From assembly GCA_043228905.1 (NCBI GenBank), contig JBHGNT010000002.1:4340001-4404000 (forward strand): a stretch of 64,000 nucleotides of DNA, read 5' to 3'. The position numbers were made by a program, and so were the translations under genes. Every line of letters begins with the position of its first letter. Positions within the stretch are counted from its first letter, which is position 1. This document shows, one piece after another, positions 51,101 to 62,200 of this stretch. This DNA is from Azolla caroliniana (Eukaryota > Plantae > Polypodiophyta). Under the pieces are notes generated by a model that saw nothing but the letters and a program-made list of their open reading frames with translations, was not told where the DNA came from and made no database searches.

Positions 51101-52975
51101 TTGTAAATTGGTCCCCATGGTGGCTCGGTTCCTGGTTGTAAATCGATGGCACAGTCATAGGGACGGTGATGAGGAAGGGTACCGGCTTTTACCTTGTCAA
51201 ATACATCGGCATAAGGATGATATTTTGCCGGAAGTTGTACTGAGGAGTCCTTCTTAATAGTGCTGGGAGGATGTACTGATATGGCAAATAGGAACATTGC
51301 CTCCTTGGGTCCTTCTTCGCGTAGTTGATGGAGTGAAATGGTCGAAACTCGGTGAGTTGATTCTTGGGGTGGTCGATATCGGACTTCTCTTGTTCTCCAA
51401 TCTATGGCTGGATTATGTAATTCAAGCCAAGGTAATCCTAGGACAATGGGATGCTCTGGACTACTAATTATATTAAATGATATTATACACACAAAACTAC
51501 CTAGGACAACTTGAATGGGTTCTGATTCTTCTACAATATTCCCGGAAGCAATGGGACGACCATCAATGACCACTACAGATGCGGGACAAGGAAGTTTTCT
51601 TAAGGATATTTGAGAAGCTTGGGCAAAATTTCAATCCATGAAACAAGAATTAGCTCCGGAATCTAAAAGTGCTAGGATGGGTACTGGGGGAGTACTTTTA
51701 GTACTAACAATGACTTGGGCTACGAACACATTGCTAACTTGCTTGGAAGGAATGGAACCACTAATGGGCTGTACAAATCTAGGGTTGCTATCCAACCAAA
51801 TGGCTCCTATTTTGGCTGGACTTAATCGTTTAACTCTTCATCTAATTGACTAAGGATTTCAAATTTATTTGAGATACTTGGGCTATAAGTACTATGAATA
51901 CTATCTGACACTCTATTAGTACTATTAATACTATCAGACACTCTGAAGGGAAGAATTGACTCGGGTTTAGTACAAGCGACGATTTGATTTACTTGTCTTC
52001 TTGGCCTATGGGGACAATTGATGGCGATATGTCCTGGTGCACCGCAATAAAGACATAATCGATTGGCACGTCGTCGTTGCTTTTCTTCTTCTGATAATGG
52101 GCCGGGGCGACACATGGTATCGATCTCCATTGGTGTTGAAGTATTTGCTTGAGGTATGTCTCGTGCAAACGGTTTAGCCGCGACTGCGGCGTAAGTGGGC
52201 TCCGGCCTAGAGCGTGGTATCTGTAATTGACGTTCTGAACGCCGTTCGAAAAGGCAGTTGTCACATCGAACTGCTCGACTGATTGCCTCTGTAAGAGACT
52301 TTGGTTCTTCCGGGAAAGTTAGAAGTAGATCTTTGACATCGTTTCGCAAGCCATAGTGAAACTGCTCCATTAGTGCTTGATCATCCCAGGGTATATCTGA
52401 AGCAAGTAGGCGGAAATCCGCCGCGTAGGCAGAGGCTGGACGATCGCCTTGACGCAATCGCCGGATCTTGTCGATCGCCATCTTGATGCTGTCGGTGTCT
52501 CCAAAACAGGCTTTAAACTCACCAATAAAATCTTCAAAGTTATTAAGCAAGGGCGATTGTTTTTCTAGAAGCGGAGCGAACCATGCCAAGGCTGAGCCGC
52601 TAAGTAGCGTGCCTATTAGGCCGACTCGATATGCATCAGTGGGATATCGGGAAGGATGCATCTGGATGACTAAGCGTACCTGATTAAGGAAACCCCGGAA
52701 TTGCGAACGCGTTCCATCAAATTTCACAGGAAGTCCAATCTTGGGCTCTTAATGAAATCCTTGGGGACTGGATCCTTGTTGTTGCAACGTTGCTTCGAGT
52801 TGTTGTACCCGTAACGCTAACTCCCCATGTTGTTGTTGTGTTGTTTTTCTAGAGCGATTTGTTGCAGATCCCCTATCAGCCGTTGGTTTTCTTGTTCCAG
52901 GGCAACAAACTTTTCTTTTAGGCACTGTAGCTCGGAGAAAACGGATTGGTATTCTTGGGCGCTAACAGTAGCCAT
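48101..52975 (-). pseudogene. B2 gag-pol pseudogene
   Basis: ORFs 51822-52727, 50884-51573, 49795-50829, 49486-49794 and 48101-49348 are near-identical to B1 proteins. Confidence 0.93.
49387..49533. mobile_element. 147-bp hairpin MITE-like insertion with TGT..ACA ends
   Basis: Absent from B1; 60-bp terminal inverted repeats (2 mismatches), 27-bp core; TSD GGTGT 49382-49386 and 49534-49538. Confidence 0.92.
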
Positions 52976-53393
52976 AGTATAGGGAAAAGGGTAGGAGGAT
53001 GAGGGAGAGTGACAAGTAGGCTAGAGGAAAAATTGGTTCTCCCTGTCAGGAATAGTACTAAAGCAAAGATGGAATTAGTACTAAGAGGAGTAGTACTATT
53101 AGTACTAAGAGGACGGGACTGCGTAAGATTCCCGAGAGAGAGGAAGTGAGAAGAGGAGAGAGAGAGAAATAGGATGATGACAGCAGCTCTTATATTATAT
53201 GAAAGATAAGTACAAATCGGCTAAGAGGCTTAAGACTGGTGTTGAACCAATTTGGTTCAAAACAATGCCTTGTGCCTCCTTTTATAGTGTTTGTAGGAAT
53301 AATCCTGAAGCTTCTAGAATGTTCCAGAGAGATCTGGAATATACATCAATTTTCTATGATAAAGTATAAATGAAAATAATATCCTACAAAATA

Positions 53394-53465
53394 CAATTCA
53401 TAGTCTAATGGTAAGAGCTCGACCCATGTAGCATAAGGTCATGGGTTCGAGTCTTGCCATATCAT
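53394..53465 (+). promoter_or_regulatory. tRNA-like A/B-box module in the B2 LTR, antisense to the element (second copy ~48004-48075)
   Basis: TAGTCTAATGGTAAGAGC...AAGGTCATGGGTTCGAGTC. Confidence 0.65.
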
Positions 53466-55797
53466 GCCATATCATGACACTCCCTTGCGAGAATAGCTGA
53501 TCTAATTACGCCGAAATGCGGTGCTAAGCCTTCGAGGCATATCTGCACCAGTTCATCATCGTCAATGACGACGTTGATCGATCCGAGGGCGTCACATAGC
53601 TCCTAATCTTCAAGGTATAGTTGTCGATTGACATGTCTCTTTGTTGAAGATTGTTTAGCTCCTGTCGAAGTTGGAGCTTTCGTGCGGCCGTATTGGGTGC
53701 GAAGATCTTCTTGAGGTTTTCCCATGCCTGCTTCGGCTGTTTAGCCTCTCGAATGTAGCCAAGCATATGATCATGAACGCATGATGCAAGGCAATACAAC
53801 AGACAACTTGCGGCCTGCTCCCAAGCGGGATAGTCAGCTTGTGTTGGGTTGGGGTGTGATTCGTGAGCTCCTTCGATGTATTCTAGTAGCCTTGTTCGAC
53901 AAGATATTGATGCATCTTGTATTCCCAAGATGGAAAGTTCGTTTTGTCGAGCTTCTCGGTAGGAAGAGCGCTTCCCATTTGATTATTCATGGTGATTTCT
54001 TCTCTGTCGATGGGCCAGCTCTGTTGATCATTGGCGTGCAACACAACACAGTCGAAAAATGCTTGATCAGGCAACCACTCGCTCTAATACCATGTTAAGA
54101 AATGGAATGGCAAGAGTGGTTGTAATGCAGCGGAAGGTGAGCGTATGTGTGTGTGTGTATAACAGCACAGAGAGAGAGAGAGAGAGAGCTCAAGAGACAG
54201 AGATAGACAAAAGTATGTATGATATTAACAAAACGAGATACATCCAACAATGACTAAATTACAATTAGTTGGTTTATATACCAACTAAGCTAGGGCAAGC
54301 GCCCTTTCTACTATTTACACAACTAGCTTGGAGACTCCATGACCTATTGTGAAACCTATCTATGGGAAGTTGAGTTCGATTCTCAACACGGCCAAATGCA
54401 CGTTCGGTGTCACGAGCGGAGCTCTTCTCGGGCACATAGCGAACAAAGACGGTATCGTGGTAGATCCCGGAAAAATCAAAGCCATCATGGAGGCCCTAGC
54501 GCTACGCAACGCAAAAGCTCTTAATCGCTTCTTGGGGTAGATTCGTCACTATCGCCGCATGCTGCGCTATCTAGCGGATTTCACCACGCCACTACACAGA
54601 GCGGTGCATCACACTCACTTCAAGTGGACAACGACAGAAGACAAGGCGTACTTAGCCTTAAAAGTAATGCTGACACAAGCACCAATGGTACGACCTCCGG
54701 TCTGGACGAAGTCATTTCACGTATTCATAGACGCATCCGACATAGCCATCGGTAGCGCATTCATGCAGCTAACTGAGTCGAACTGGTATCAACCAATGTA
54801 CTACTCCAACCGCAAATTAACGGCCGCCGAATGGAACTACTCCACGATAGAGCAAGAAGCATTAGGAATGATATATAGCTTCAACAAATTTTGGCATTAC
54901 TTATTAGGCCGGTGTCGCGAAGTTTCGCGCACGTGTGTTACTTGGGCGGGACCATGGGGGTCTTGGACTAGGGAGTACTCAAGGGATAGAGAAGACCTGG
55001 GGTTTTCTTTATGATAGTACTACTTCCCGACCCCTTCCCGAGCAAGGTCTCGTTGCCCTTTGTTTTGTGAGGCCGGTGACTCTCGTTAATCACGACTCGT
55101 TGACCTTTCGAGATCACCGCACGAGCCAAGTGACCAAACGGGTACAAGCAAGATGAGCACACAAGATGAATGCACAAGGGGACGATAACACAAACACGAA
55201 TGTCCGTACGTCTTTATGAGGAGGAGAGGTGCATGGGCACACCCGAACACTCCCTCATCACAAGACGTCGAACATATGAAGAGACACAAAACACACGCAC
55301 AAATGCTCGTACGCCTTTATGAGGAGGAGAGGTGCATGGACACACCCGAAACGCTCCCTCGTCACAAGACGGACAAACGTACAAGGAAGACACAAACACA
55401 CACACAAAATGCTCGTACGCCTTTATGAGGAGCGGTGCATGGGTAAGCTTGAACGCTCCTTCGTCACGAGATGACGAAACATACAAGGAAGACACAAACA
55501 CATGCACAAAATGCTCGTACGCCTTTATGAGGAGGAGAGGTGCCTGGGCAAGCCCGAAACAGTCCCTCGTCACAAGACGGCTAAACGTACAAGGAAGACA
55601 CAAACACACACACAAATGCTCGTACGTCTTTATGAGGAGGAGAGGTGCATGGGCACGCCTGAAACGCTCCCTCGTCACAAGACGGCCGAACGTTGTCGTA
55701 GTGTATTTCGTACACTACATGAAAAAGTAAAAATAATATAACCGATTTAATTACATATAAATAAATAAAATAAGAATATCAAGATATTTATCACGTG

Positions 55798-55867
55798 CAT
55801 AAGGCAAGATTCGAACCTTGTACCTCCACGTAGCCAAACCTCAACTTTACCATTATGCTACCTTATC
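55798..55867 (-). promoter_or_regulatory. tRNA-like module antisense in the J LTR (second copy 58522-58591)
   Basis: ATAAGG/CCTTAT acceptor-like stem; TAGCATAATGG A box; GGTTCGAATC B box. Confidence 0.65.
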
Positions 55868-56418
55868 TTTAGTGTTCTATAAATAGATTTAATAACTATA
55901 AGTGCTTTATTTGCGCCTACCTTTATTAAAAGGTAAATCATGTATTTTTAGAGTGCGTGAATATTTTATTGAAAAACGCAAGCAACTAAAAAGTGACTCA
56001 TGCACATCTAGCGTGCATGAGCACTATATTTAGCAAATAAAAGCAAGGATTAGAAAAGCATCACATGTACATTTAGTGTGCATGAACATATTAGAAAAAG
56101 CATGTAGCTATGCTTAGTCTCTCCCATCACTATATAAGGATGGGGAGCACATTGTAGTTTTTGTTGATTATTTTTCTATAATGATCAATCAATCTAAAAT
56201 ATTCGTGGGATTCACGAATTTGCTAAAATAATTCTCTCTTACTACCTAAATATTGACTAAATATACTAAACTCGTGGGATTCACGAGATTCTTATCTTAT
56301 AACTCTTTATACCTATTCTTTACTAGCCTTATTTGTATTTTTCTTTCTCCTAGTCCAAAACCTCGGCGGTTCCCACCCGACTCACGCAACGATCCGGAGC
56401 CGAAAGACACGACACAGT

Positions 56419-56436
56419 TGGTGAACCCGACGTGAA
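56419..56436 (+). promoter_or_regulatory. PBS complementary to tRNA-Trp
   Basis: TGGTGAACCCGACGTGAA matches the 3' end of plant tRNA-Trp(CCA) (..TTCACGTCGGGTTCACCA) as recalled. Confidence 0.85.
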
Positions 56437-56473
56437 GGCGGGTGGCAAGGAGATGGAGAATCAATAAGAGGCA

Positions 56474-58465
56474 ATGAGCATAACGATGATGATGATGTTC
56501 GAGCGGATGCTACAAGAACAACGAGTGATGTCGGAGATCACGGGGGCAGTAAAGCGGCTCGTACAACGAAACGGACAATTCAACGGAAACGATGTGTCAC
56601 GCTATCTACGTGACTACAAGGCGGAGATGATACGATGTGGGATACCGGAAGGATTGCAAGTGACATCCTTCAATCGGGTGGCCACGGATGAGCTACAAGA
56701 GAGAATCCACAAGATACGGCAACAAAACTCGACATGGGGGTCATTCGAAGAAGCTTTACGAGAGGCATATGATTACAAGAGATCGAAGGGAAAAGATCGG
56801 CGAGAATTCGACGAATGGGTGGCATCGGAGAAGACCCACCGAAGTGCAACACAAGCATTCCTAGAGTTCGAGCATCGTTTTGCTCGACTCTCAGAGCGGG
56901 AACAACGGTTGGTGGGGGAGGATAAAGTCCTAATGTTCGTAAAATCGATCAATCGAAAAGAAAGGATGGACATCGGGATCGAACTCGAAGACGATGACGG
57001 TACGAATGGTCTTACCGAAAATTGGGCCGAAGTCCAAAGGGTATGCCGGAGACATGATGAGAGGAAGATGAGAATCTTGTCAACGACATGGCCGATGAAG
57101 GATGGTCTATTGAAGACAAACGATGGAGCCGATATGAAGGCCGAAATACAACATGATGGTCCGATGGAAGAGGGTGTAAAACAAGCTACCCTCTTGTCTT
57201 GCGAAAGAACAACGACGAAGGATAAGGCCGATAACCCAAGTGTAGAAGAAGATTTCAGAATACAAGTGTCCGAAACATCGGGTGAAAAAGGGGTAAGCAT
57301 AATTGATGTAGTGAAAGAGAGCAAAGAGGACTTGATTGAGGAGGTCGCCACGAAAGATGACATCGAATCAAAGGTGGCTATGGACGAATCAACGACGGAT
57401 GGCCATATCGAGACTTCCCCACCACTAATTCTAGAGACTCCGGCGGTTGCGTTCGAAAGGCAACGTGAGACCGAAGAGACGGAAGGTGGCGGAGAGAAAA
57501 CAAAGGTCGAAGTCGATGCATACGACGGAGAGATAGCCGAGAATATGGCTATGGGTGAAACAATGGAGGATGATAATACCGAGGATTCCTACCCACTAAT
57601 TCTAGAGACTTCGGCGGTTGTGTCTGAGAAGCAACGTGAGACCGGAGAGACGGGAGGTGGCGGCAAGAAAGGTAAAGTCGGAAGCCAGTTAGGATGGAAG
57701 GTGATCCGGACGGGATTCCGATCCGAAAGAAAGCCGAACCGGGTAAAAGAGGATTCGACCAAAAGTCGACCCGAAAGAAAGCCGAACCGAAAGGAAGAGA
57801 ATTCGGCTGAAAGACGACACAAACGAAAGCGGAACCGGGCGAATGAGGATTCGGTCGAAAGACGACCCAAAAGAAAGCCGACCCGAAAAGGGGTCGACTC
57901 GGTCAAAACCGATCGACTGAGTCTGACTTGGCCGAACACGAATATGGATGGAAGCCGACCTAGCCGAAAGCCGATCGGACGAGACCGATCCGGAAAGAAG
58001 CTAATCCGACTCAATCGGAGGTTGGACCGGTCGAGGCTGGTGAAAACGAGGAAAAGAAAGCCAACCGAAACCGAAACCGATAGATCGAAACCGGGGCGGA
58101 AGGAGACCGACTCAATCGAAACCGAACAACCGATTCCGATTCGACCGAATACGAATCCGATCGGAAGCCGATCAAACCGAAAGTCGATCGGACGAGAGCA
58201 ATCCGGAAAAAAATCAAGGTTGATGAAGACAAGAAAGAGGCCAGTAAAAGACACTACCACGAATGACAAGGGCCAAGAATATGACGAGAGAGAACAAAGA
58301 ATATGGTGGATCGGATGGCGACAATGGTTCGGGTGGAAAGAATGGGTCTACTCAAAATGGAGAGACAAAGGCAACTTCGGCACATACCGGAGGATGTGCG
58401 GGTTCGGAGGGGGCGAGTGTCGTAGTGTATTTCGTACACTACATGAAAAAGTAAAAATAATATAA
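56474..58465 (+). CDS. Gag-like protein of J with acidic and basic low-complexity extensions
   Basis: Uninterrupted 663-aa ORF; N-terminal capsid-like FNG.DV..YL..Y..W..FE..L segment; stop codon lies inside the 3' LTR. Confidence 0.75.
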   Translation: MSITMMMMFERMLQEQRVMSEITGAVKRLVQRNGQFNGNDVSRYLRDYKAEMIRCGIPEGLQVTSFNRVATDELQERIHKIRQQNSTWGSFEEALREAYDYKRSKGKDRREFDEWVASEKTHRSATQAFLEFEHRFARLSEREQRLVGEDKVLMFVKSINRKERMDIGIELEDDDGTNGLTENWAEVQRVCRRHDERKMRILSTTWPMKDGLLKTNDGADMKAEIQHDGPMEEGVKQATLLSCERTTTKDKADNPSVEEDFRIQVSETSGEKGVSIIDVVKESKEDLIEEVATKDDIESKVAMDESTTDGHIETSPPLILETPAVAFERQRETEETEGGGEKTKVEVDAYDGEIAENMAMGETMEDDNTEDSYPLILETSAVVSEKQRETGETGGGGKKGKVGSQLGWKVIRTGFRSERKPNRVKEDSTKSRPERKPNRKEENSAERRHKRKRNRANEDSVERRPKRKPTRKGVDSVKTDRLSLTWPNTNMDGSRPSRKPIGRDRSGKKLIRLNRRLDRSRLVKTRKRKPTETETDRSKPGRKETDSIETEQPIPIRPNTNPIGSRSNRKSIGREQSGKKSRLMKTRKRPVKDTTTNDKGQEYDEREQRIWWIGWRQWFGWKEWVYSKWRDKGNFGTYRRMCGFGGGECRSVFRTLHEKVKII

Positions 58466-59241
58466 CCGATTTAATTACATATAAATAAATAAAATAAGAA
58501 TATCAAGATATTTATCACGTGCATAAGGCAAGATTCGAACCTTGTACCTCCACGTAGCCAAACCTCAACTTTACCATTATGCTACCTTATCTTTAGTGTT
58601 CTATAAATAGATTTAATAACTATAAGTGCTTTATTTGCGCCTACCTTTATTAAAAGGTAAATCATGTATTTTTAGAGTGCGTGAATATTTTATAGAAAAA
58701 CGCAAGCAACTGAAAAGTGACTCATGCACATCTAGCGTGCATGAGCACTATATTTAGCAAATAAAAGCAAGGATTAGAAAAGCATCACATGTACATTTAG
58801 TGTGCATGAACATATTAGAAAAAGCATGTAGCTATGCTTAGTCTCTCCCATCACTATATAAGGATGGGGAGCACATTGTAGTTTTTGTTGATTATTTTTC
58901 TATAATGATCAATCAATCTAAAATATTCGTGGGATTCACGAATTTGCTAAAATAATTCTCTCTTACTACCTAAATATTGACTAAATATACTAAACTCGTG
59001 GGATTCACGAGATTCTTATCTTATAACTCTTTATACCTATTCTTTACTAGCCTTATTTGTATTTTTCTTTCTCCTAGTCCAAAACCTCGGCGGTTCCCAC
59101 CCGACTCACGCAACGATCCGGAGCCGAAAGGCACGACAACGTACAAGGAAGACACAAACACACACACAAATACTCGTACGCCTTTATGAGGAGGAGGGGT
59201 GCATGGGCAAGCCTGAATGGTCCCTCATCACAAGACGGCCG

Positions 59242-62200
59242 TGTTGGGATTACGGTCCCTCCGGATGGGATGTCCGGAGATGAATGACGGCAAGCCCGGT
59301 TGCGGTTGCGGAACCGGAGGATGAAGAGTACCCGGCATGAAGCCGGATGATGAAGACCCCGGCTACGGAGCCGGATGATGAAGACCCCGGCTACGGAGCC
59401 GGATGACGAATGTACCCGGAGAGATCCGGATGCGGGGACATATTTGTGAATATGTTTGCCAAGGACCCTTGAGGCTATATTTGTAAATAGCCCGAAAGTC
59501 ATATGTGTATAAATATGACTTAGGGCAAACAGTTTATTGACTGTTACTCATTTTTCTGGTTTTCTACTTAGAGGGAGCTAAGTGAGCAGCAGAGAGAGAG
59601 AGAGAGAGAGACGAAGAGGTCGTTGCCTCTGTGTATTACCGCCGCCTGTGGCGAAGACAGTGAGCTCAAGGTTGTTGCCTTGTAGCCTCACCATTGTACA
59701 TCTCTGTTTATAATGATAGTTGGAGTTTGAGGACTCCCGTGGTTTTTCCCATTTAGGGTTTTCCACGTAAAACATCCTGTGTACTCTTCTCTCTATTGTC
59801 TTCGTGCATTTTGTATTTCCTGTTTTCTGTGAGTTGATCCTATTCCTCGGTTGTGGCCGAGCGCTGTGTTTAACAAAGTGGTATCAGAGCGACGGTAACA
59901 CAGAAAATGGAAGGCGGCGGTAGTGGGCCTTCGGGCATGATGGTGTTGAACTCACAGAACTACGCCGACTGGAAGATAAAGATGGAAGACCTTCTCATCG
60001 TCCGAGACCTGTACGAACCGATCGACAATGCCGAGATACCCAAGGGGGTAATAGAGTCGGAGTGGAAGCTCCTGAACCGGAAAGCCGTAGCGACGATCCG
60101 GCAATATGTCGATGTAAGTGTCCTGCAACATGTGGCGAACGATACGAACGCCTATGAGATGTGGCAGAAGCTGTCCGGACTGTATGAGAGGAAGAATGCT
60201 CTGACCCGGACCTCCCTGATGAGGAAGATAGTGAATCTTAAGTATCGGGACGGCGAGAGCATGGTCGAACACGTCAGCACGTTCATGGGATTCGTGAACC
60301 AGCTTGCGGCGATCAAGTTCCCGTTGGATGACGCAATGCAAGCCATCATGCTGATGTGTACCCTTCCGGAGAGCTGGGAGAACTTGGTAGTTACTCTCAG
60401 CACCTCCTGTAAGGAAGAGAACTTTTCTTTACTAACGGTAAAGACAAGTATTCTAAATGAAGAAGCGCGTCGGAGAGATAAAGAACCGGCCTCCGACTCG
60501 AAGGCGCTGCTTACCGAATCGGAACGGGGAAGACAACGGAACCGGAGTCCGCAAAGACGGGAGAAGTCGGGGACACGGTCGCAGTCGAGGGGAAGACCTA
60601 CATGCTTCTACTGTGGGAAGCCGGGGCACTTCCAGAAGAACTGTCGGCATTTCCGGAAAGACAATGGAACCGACGGTACCGATTCGAAGAAGTCACCGGA
60701 GCGAAACGGTGCATACCGGGGAGCCACGGACCGGAGAGGTCCGGATCGGCGAGGGCAGTACCGGAAAGGAACGACGGCACTCGCGGCAAGTGAAGAAGAG
60801 ATAATGCTCATTACCGAAGAGAGGGAGCTGAACCTTGCCGGTGAAGAGATGACCTGGGTGGTTGATTCCGGAGCGTCGTTCCACCTGACCCCGGAGAAGA
60901 AATACTTCTCATCCTACACAGCCGGTGTGCACGGCTGTGTCCGGATGGGAAATGACGGTACATGCCGGATTGCCGGCATAGGAGACGTGTGGCTGATGAC
61001 ATCAACCGGATGCAAGATGCTGCTGAAGGATGTCCGACACGTTCCGGAGGTTCGATTGAACCTGATTTCGGCCGGGAGGCTAGACGATGAAGGCTACACG
61101 GGTAGCATCCGGAACGGTGTCATGAAGTTCAGCAAAGGGAGCCTGATAGTGGCTCGGGCCCGGAAGGTCAACACACTGTACCTGATGAATTCCCGGCTAT
61201 GTCCGGAGGAGCTGAACGTGGCAGCTGACACTGCCGGTGAGCTATGGCACAAGAGACTGTGCCACATGAGCGAGAAGGGGATGAAGAGGCTTGCCGAAGA
61301 CAACCTGATACCGGTAAAGCACGTACACTTGGGGAAGTGTACCGACTGTCTGGCCGGTAAGCAGAACCGAACCTCCTTCCACTCAAGGCCACCGACGAGA
61401 CGTAGCGCACCATTGGAGTTGGTACACACTGATGTGTGTCAGGTAGATACGAAGTCACATGGCGGAGCCCAGTACTTCGTGACATTCATTGATGACCACA
61501 GCCGGAAGCTGTGGACGGCACTGTTGAAGACAAAGGACCAAGTATTGTCCGTCTTCAAAGAACTCCACGCGAGAGTGGAAAGAGAATCCGGCAAGAAGCT
61601 GAAAGCACTACGAGCGGATAACGGAGGAGAATACCGAGGGCAATTTGAGGAGTATTGCCGTTCGATGGGAATCCGGATCGAGTTTACTGTGCCGAAGACG
61701 CCGGAACTGAACGGGCTGGCCGAGAGGATGAACCGGACCATAATGGAGAGGGTCCGGAGTATGCTAGCACATGCGAAATTACCCAAGGGATTTTGGGCTG
61801 AGGCAATGTCGACGGCGACATATGTGATAAATAGATCACCCTCAATACCCCTAGATGGAGACACGCCACAGAGAGTGTGGACCGGTAAGGAAGTGTCCTA
61901 CCGGCATCTGAAGGTGTTCGGGTGTCTCGCATACGTGCATGTGGCAAAGGACCGGAGAGGAAAGTTAGATCCAAAGACCCGGCCATGCATATTCCTCGGT
62001 TACGGCGACGACGAGTTCGGCTACCGAGTATGGGACCCGGTCGACAAGAAGATATTCAGGAGTCGAGATATCATCTTCATGGAGGACAAGACACTCACCG
62101 ACTGGGAGTCGGAGAAGAAGATGAAGAGCTCCAAGTCGACCGGTGAGAATCAACTCTACGAGGAGCAGTCCCGACCGGCAAGGGACCGGTTAGCACTCGA

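Larger units (their letters stand above)
47654..53479 (-). mobile_element. Chromovirus B2 (same family as B1), disrupted
   Basis: 436-bp LTRs 53044-53479 and 47654-48089 (~5 mismatches by eye); TSD CTCCC 47649-47653 and 53480-53484; gag ATG 52975 with early stop; pol fragments with stops and a MITE insertion. Confidence 0.95.
44697..54388 (-). mobile_element. Ty1/Copia element H (decayed, two internal deletions), nested in the RT of F
   Basis: TSD CGGCC 44692-44696 and 54389-54393; 5' LTR 54093-54388; 3' LTR 44697-44975 (U3 end and PPT deleted); PBS 54081-54092; INT-to-RT deletion near 46295 (RHTPQ|IGCRW). Confidence 0.92.
38526..54912 (+). mobile_element. Decayed non-chromovirus (Athila/Tat-type) Gypsy element F, interrupted by G, H and I
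   Basis: Probable LTR 38526-39287; PBS-like TGGCAAGCCTGGTG 39292-39305 (resembles a tRNA-Arg PBS); gag remnants 39620-40360 and 42780-43500; RT FPLPFID..YSFLDGF 44257-44690; RNase H FHVFIDASD..NYSTIEQEAL 54394-54912. Confidence 0.75.
55694..59138 (+). mobile_element. Non-autonomous Gag-only LTR element J (TR-GAG-like)
   Basis: 721-bp LTRs 55694-56414 and 58418-59138 (~3 mismatches by eye); TSD ACGT; tRNA-Trp PBS; PPT GGAGGGGGCGAG; no pol. Confidence 0.92.
54913..59241. mobile_element. Unclassified insertion I (TGTCGCG start) with a 102-106-bp tandem array of at least 6 units, host of J and K
   Basis: Abruptly ends the RNase H of F; CTTTATGAGG recurs at 55212, 55315, 55421, 55523, 55628 and 59182. 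Confidence 0.6.

Noticed and set aside
55180-55690. Regular arrays here and at 38526-38882 and 25288-25576 as CRISPR-like
   Set aside because: Whole units repeat with no unique spacers; no cas genes; eukaryotic TE context
55798-55867. Calling the tRNA-like modules functional tRNA genes
   Set aside because: Anticodon stems do not pair and no consistent anticodon exists; only the promoter boxes and some arms remain
57589-58269. Long antisense ORFs in J and the many antisense ORFs over gag/pol regions
   Set aside because: Shadow frames of GC-rich or repetitive coding sequence with no recognisable motifs
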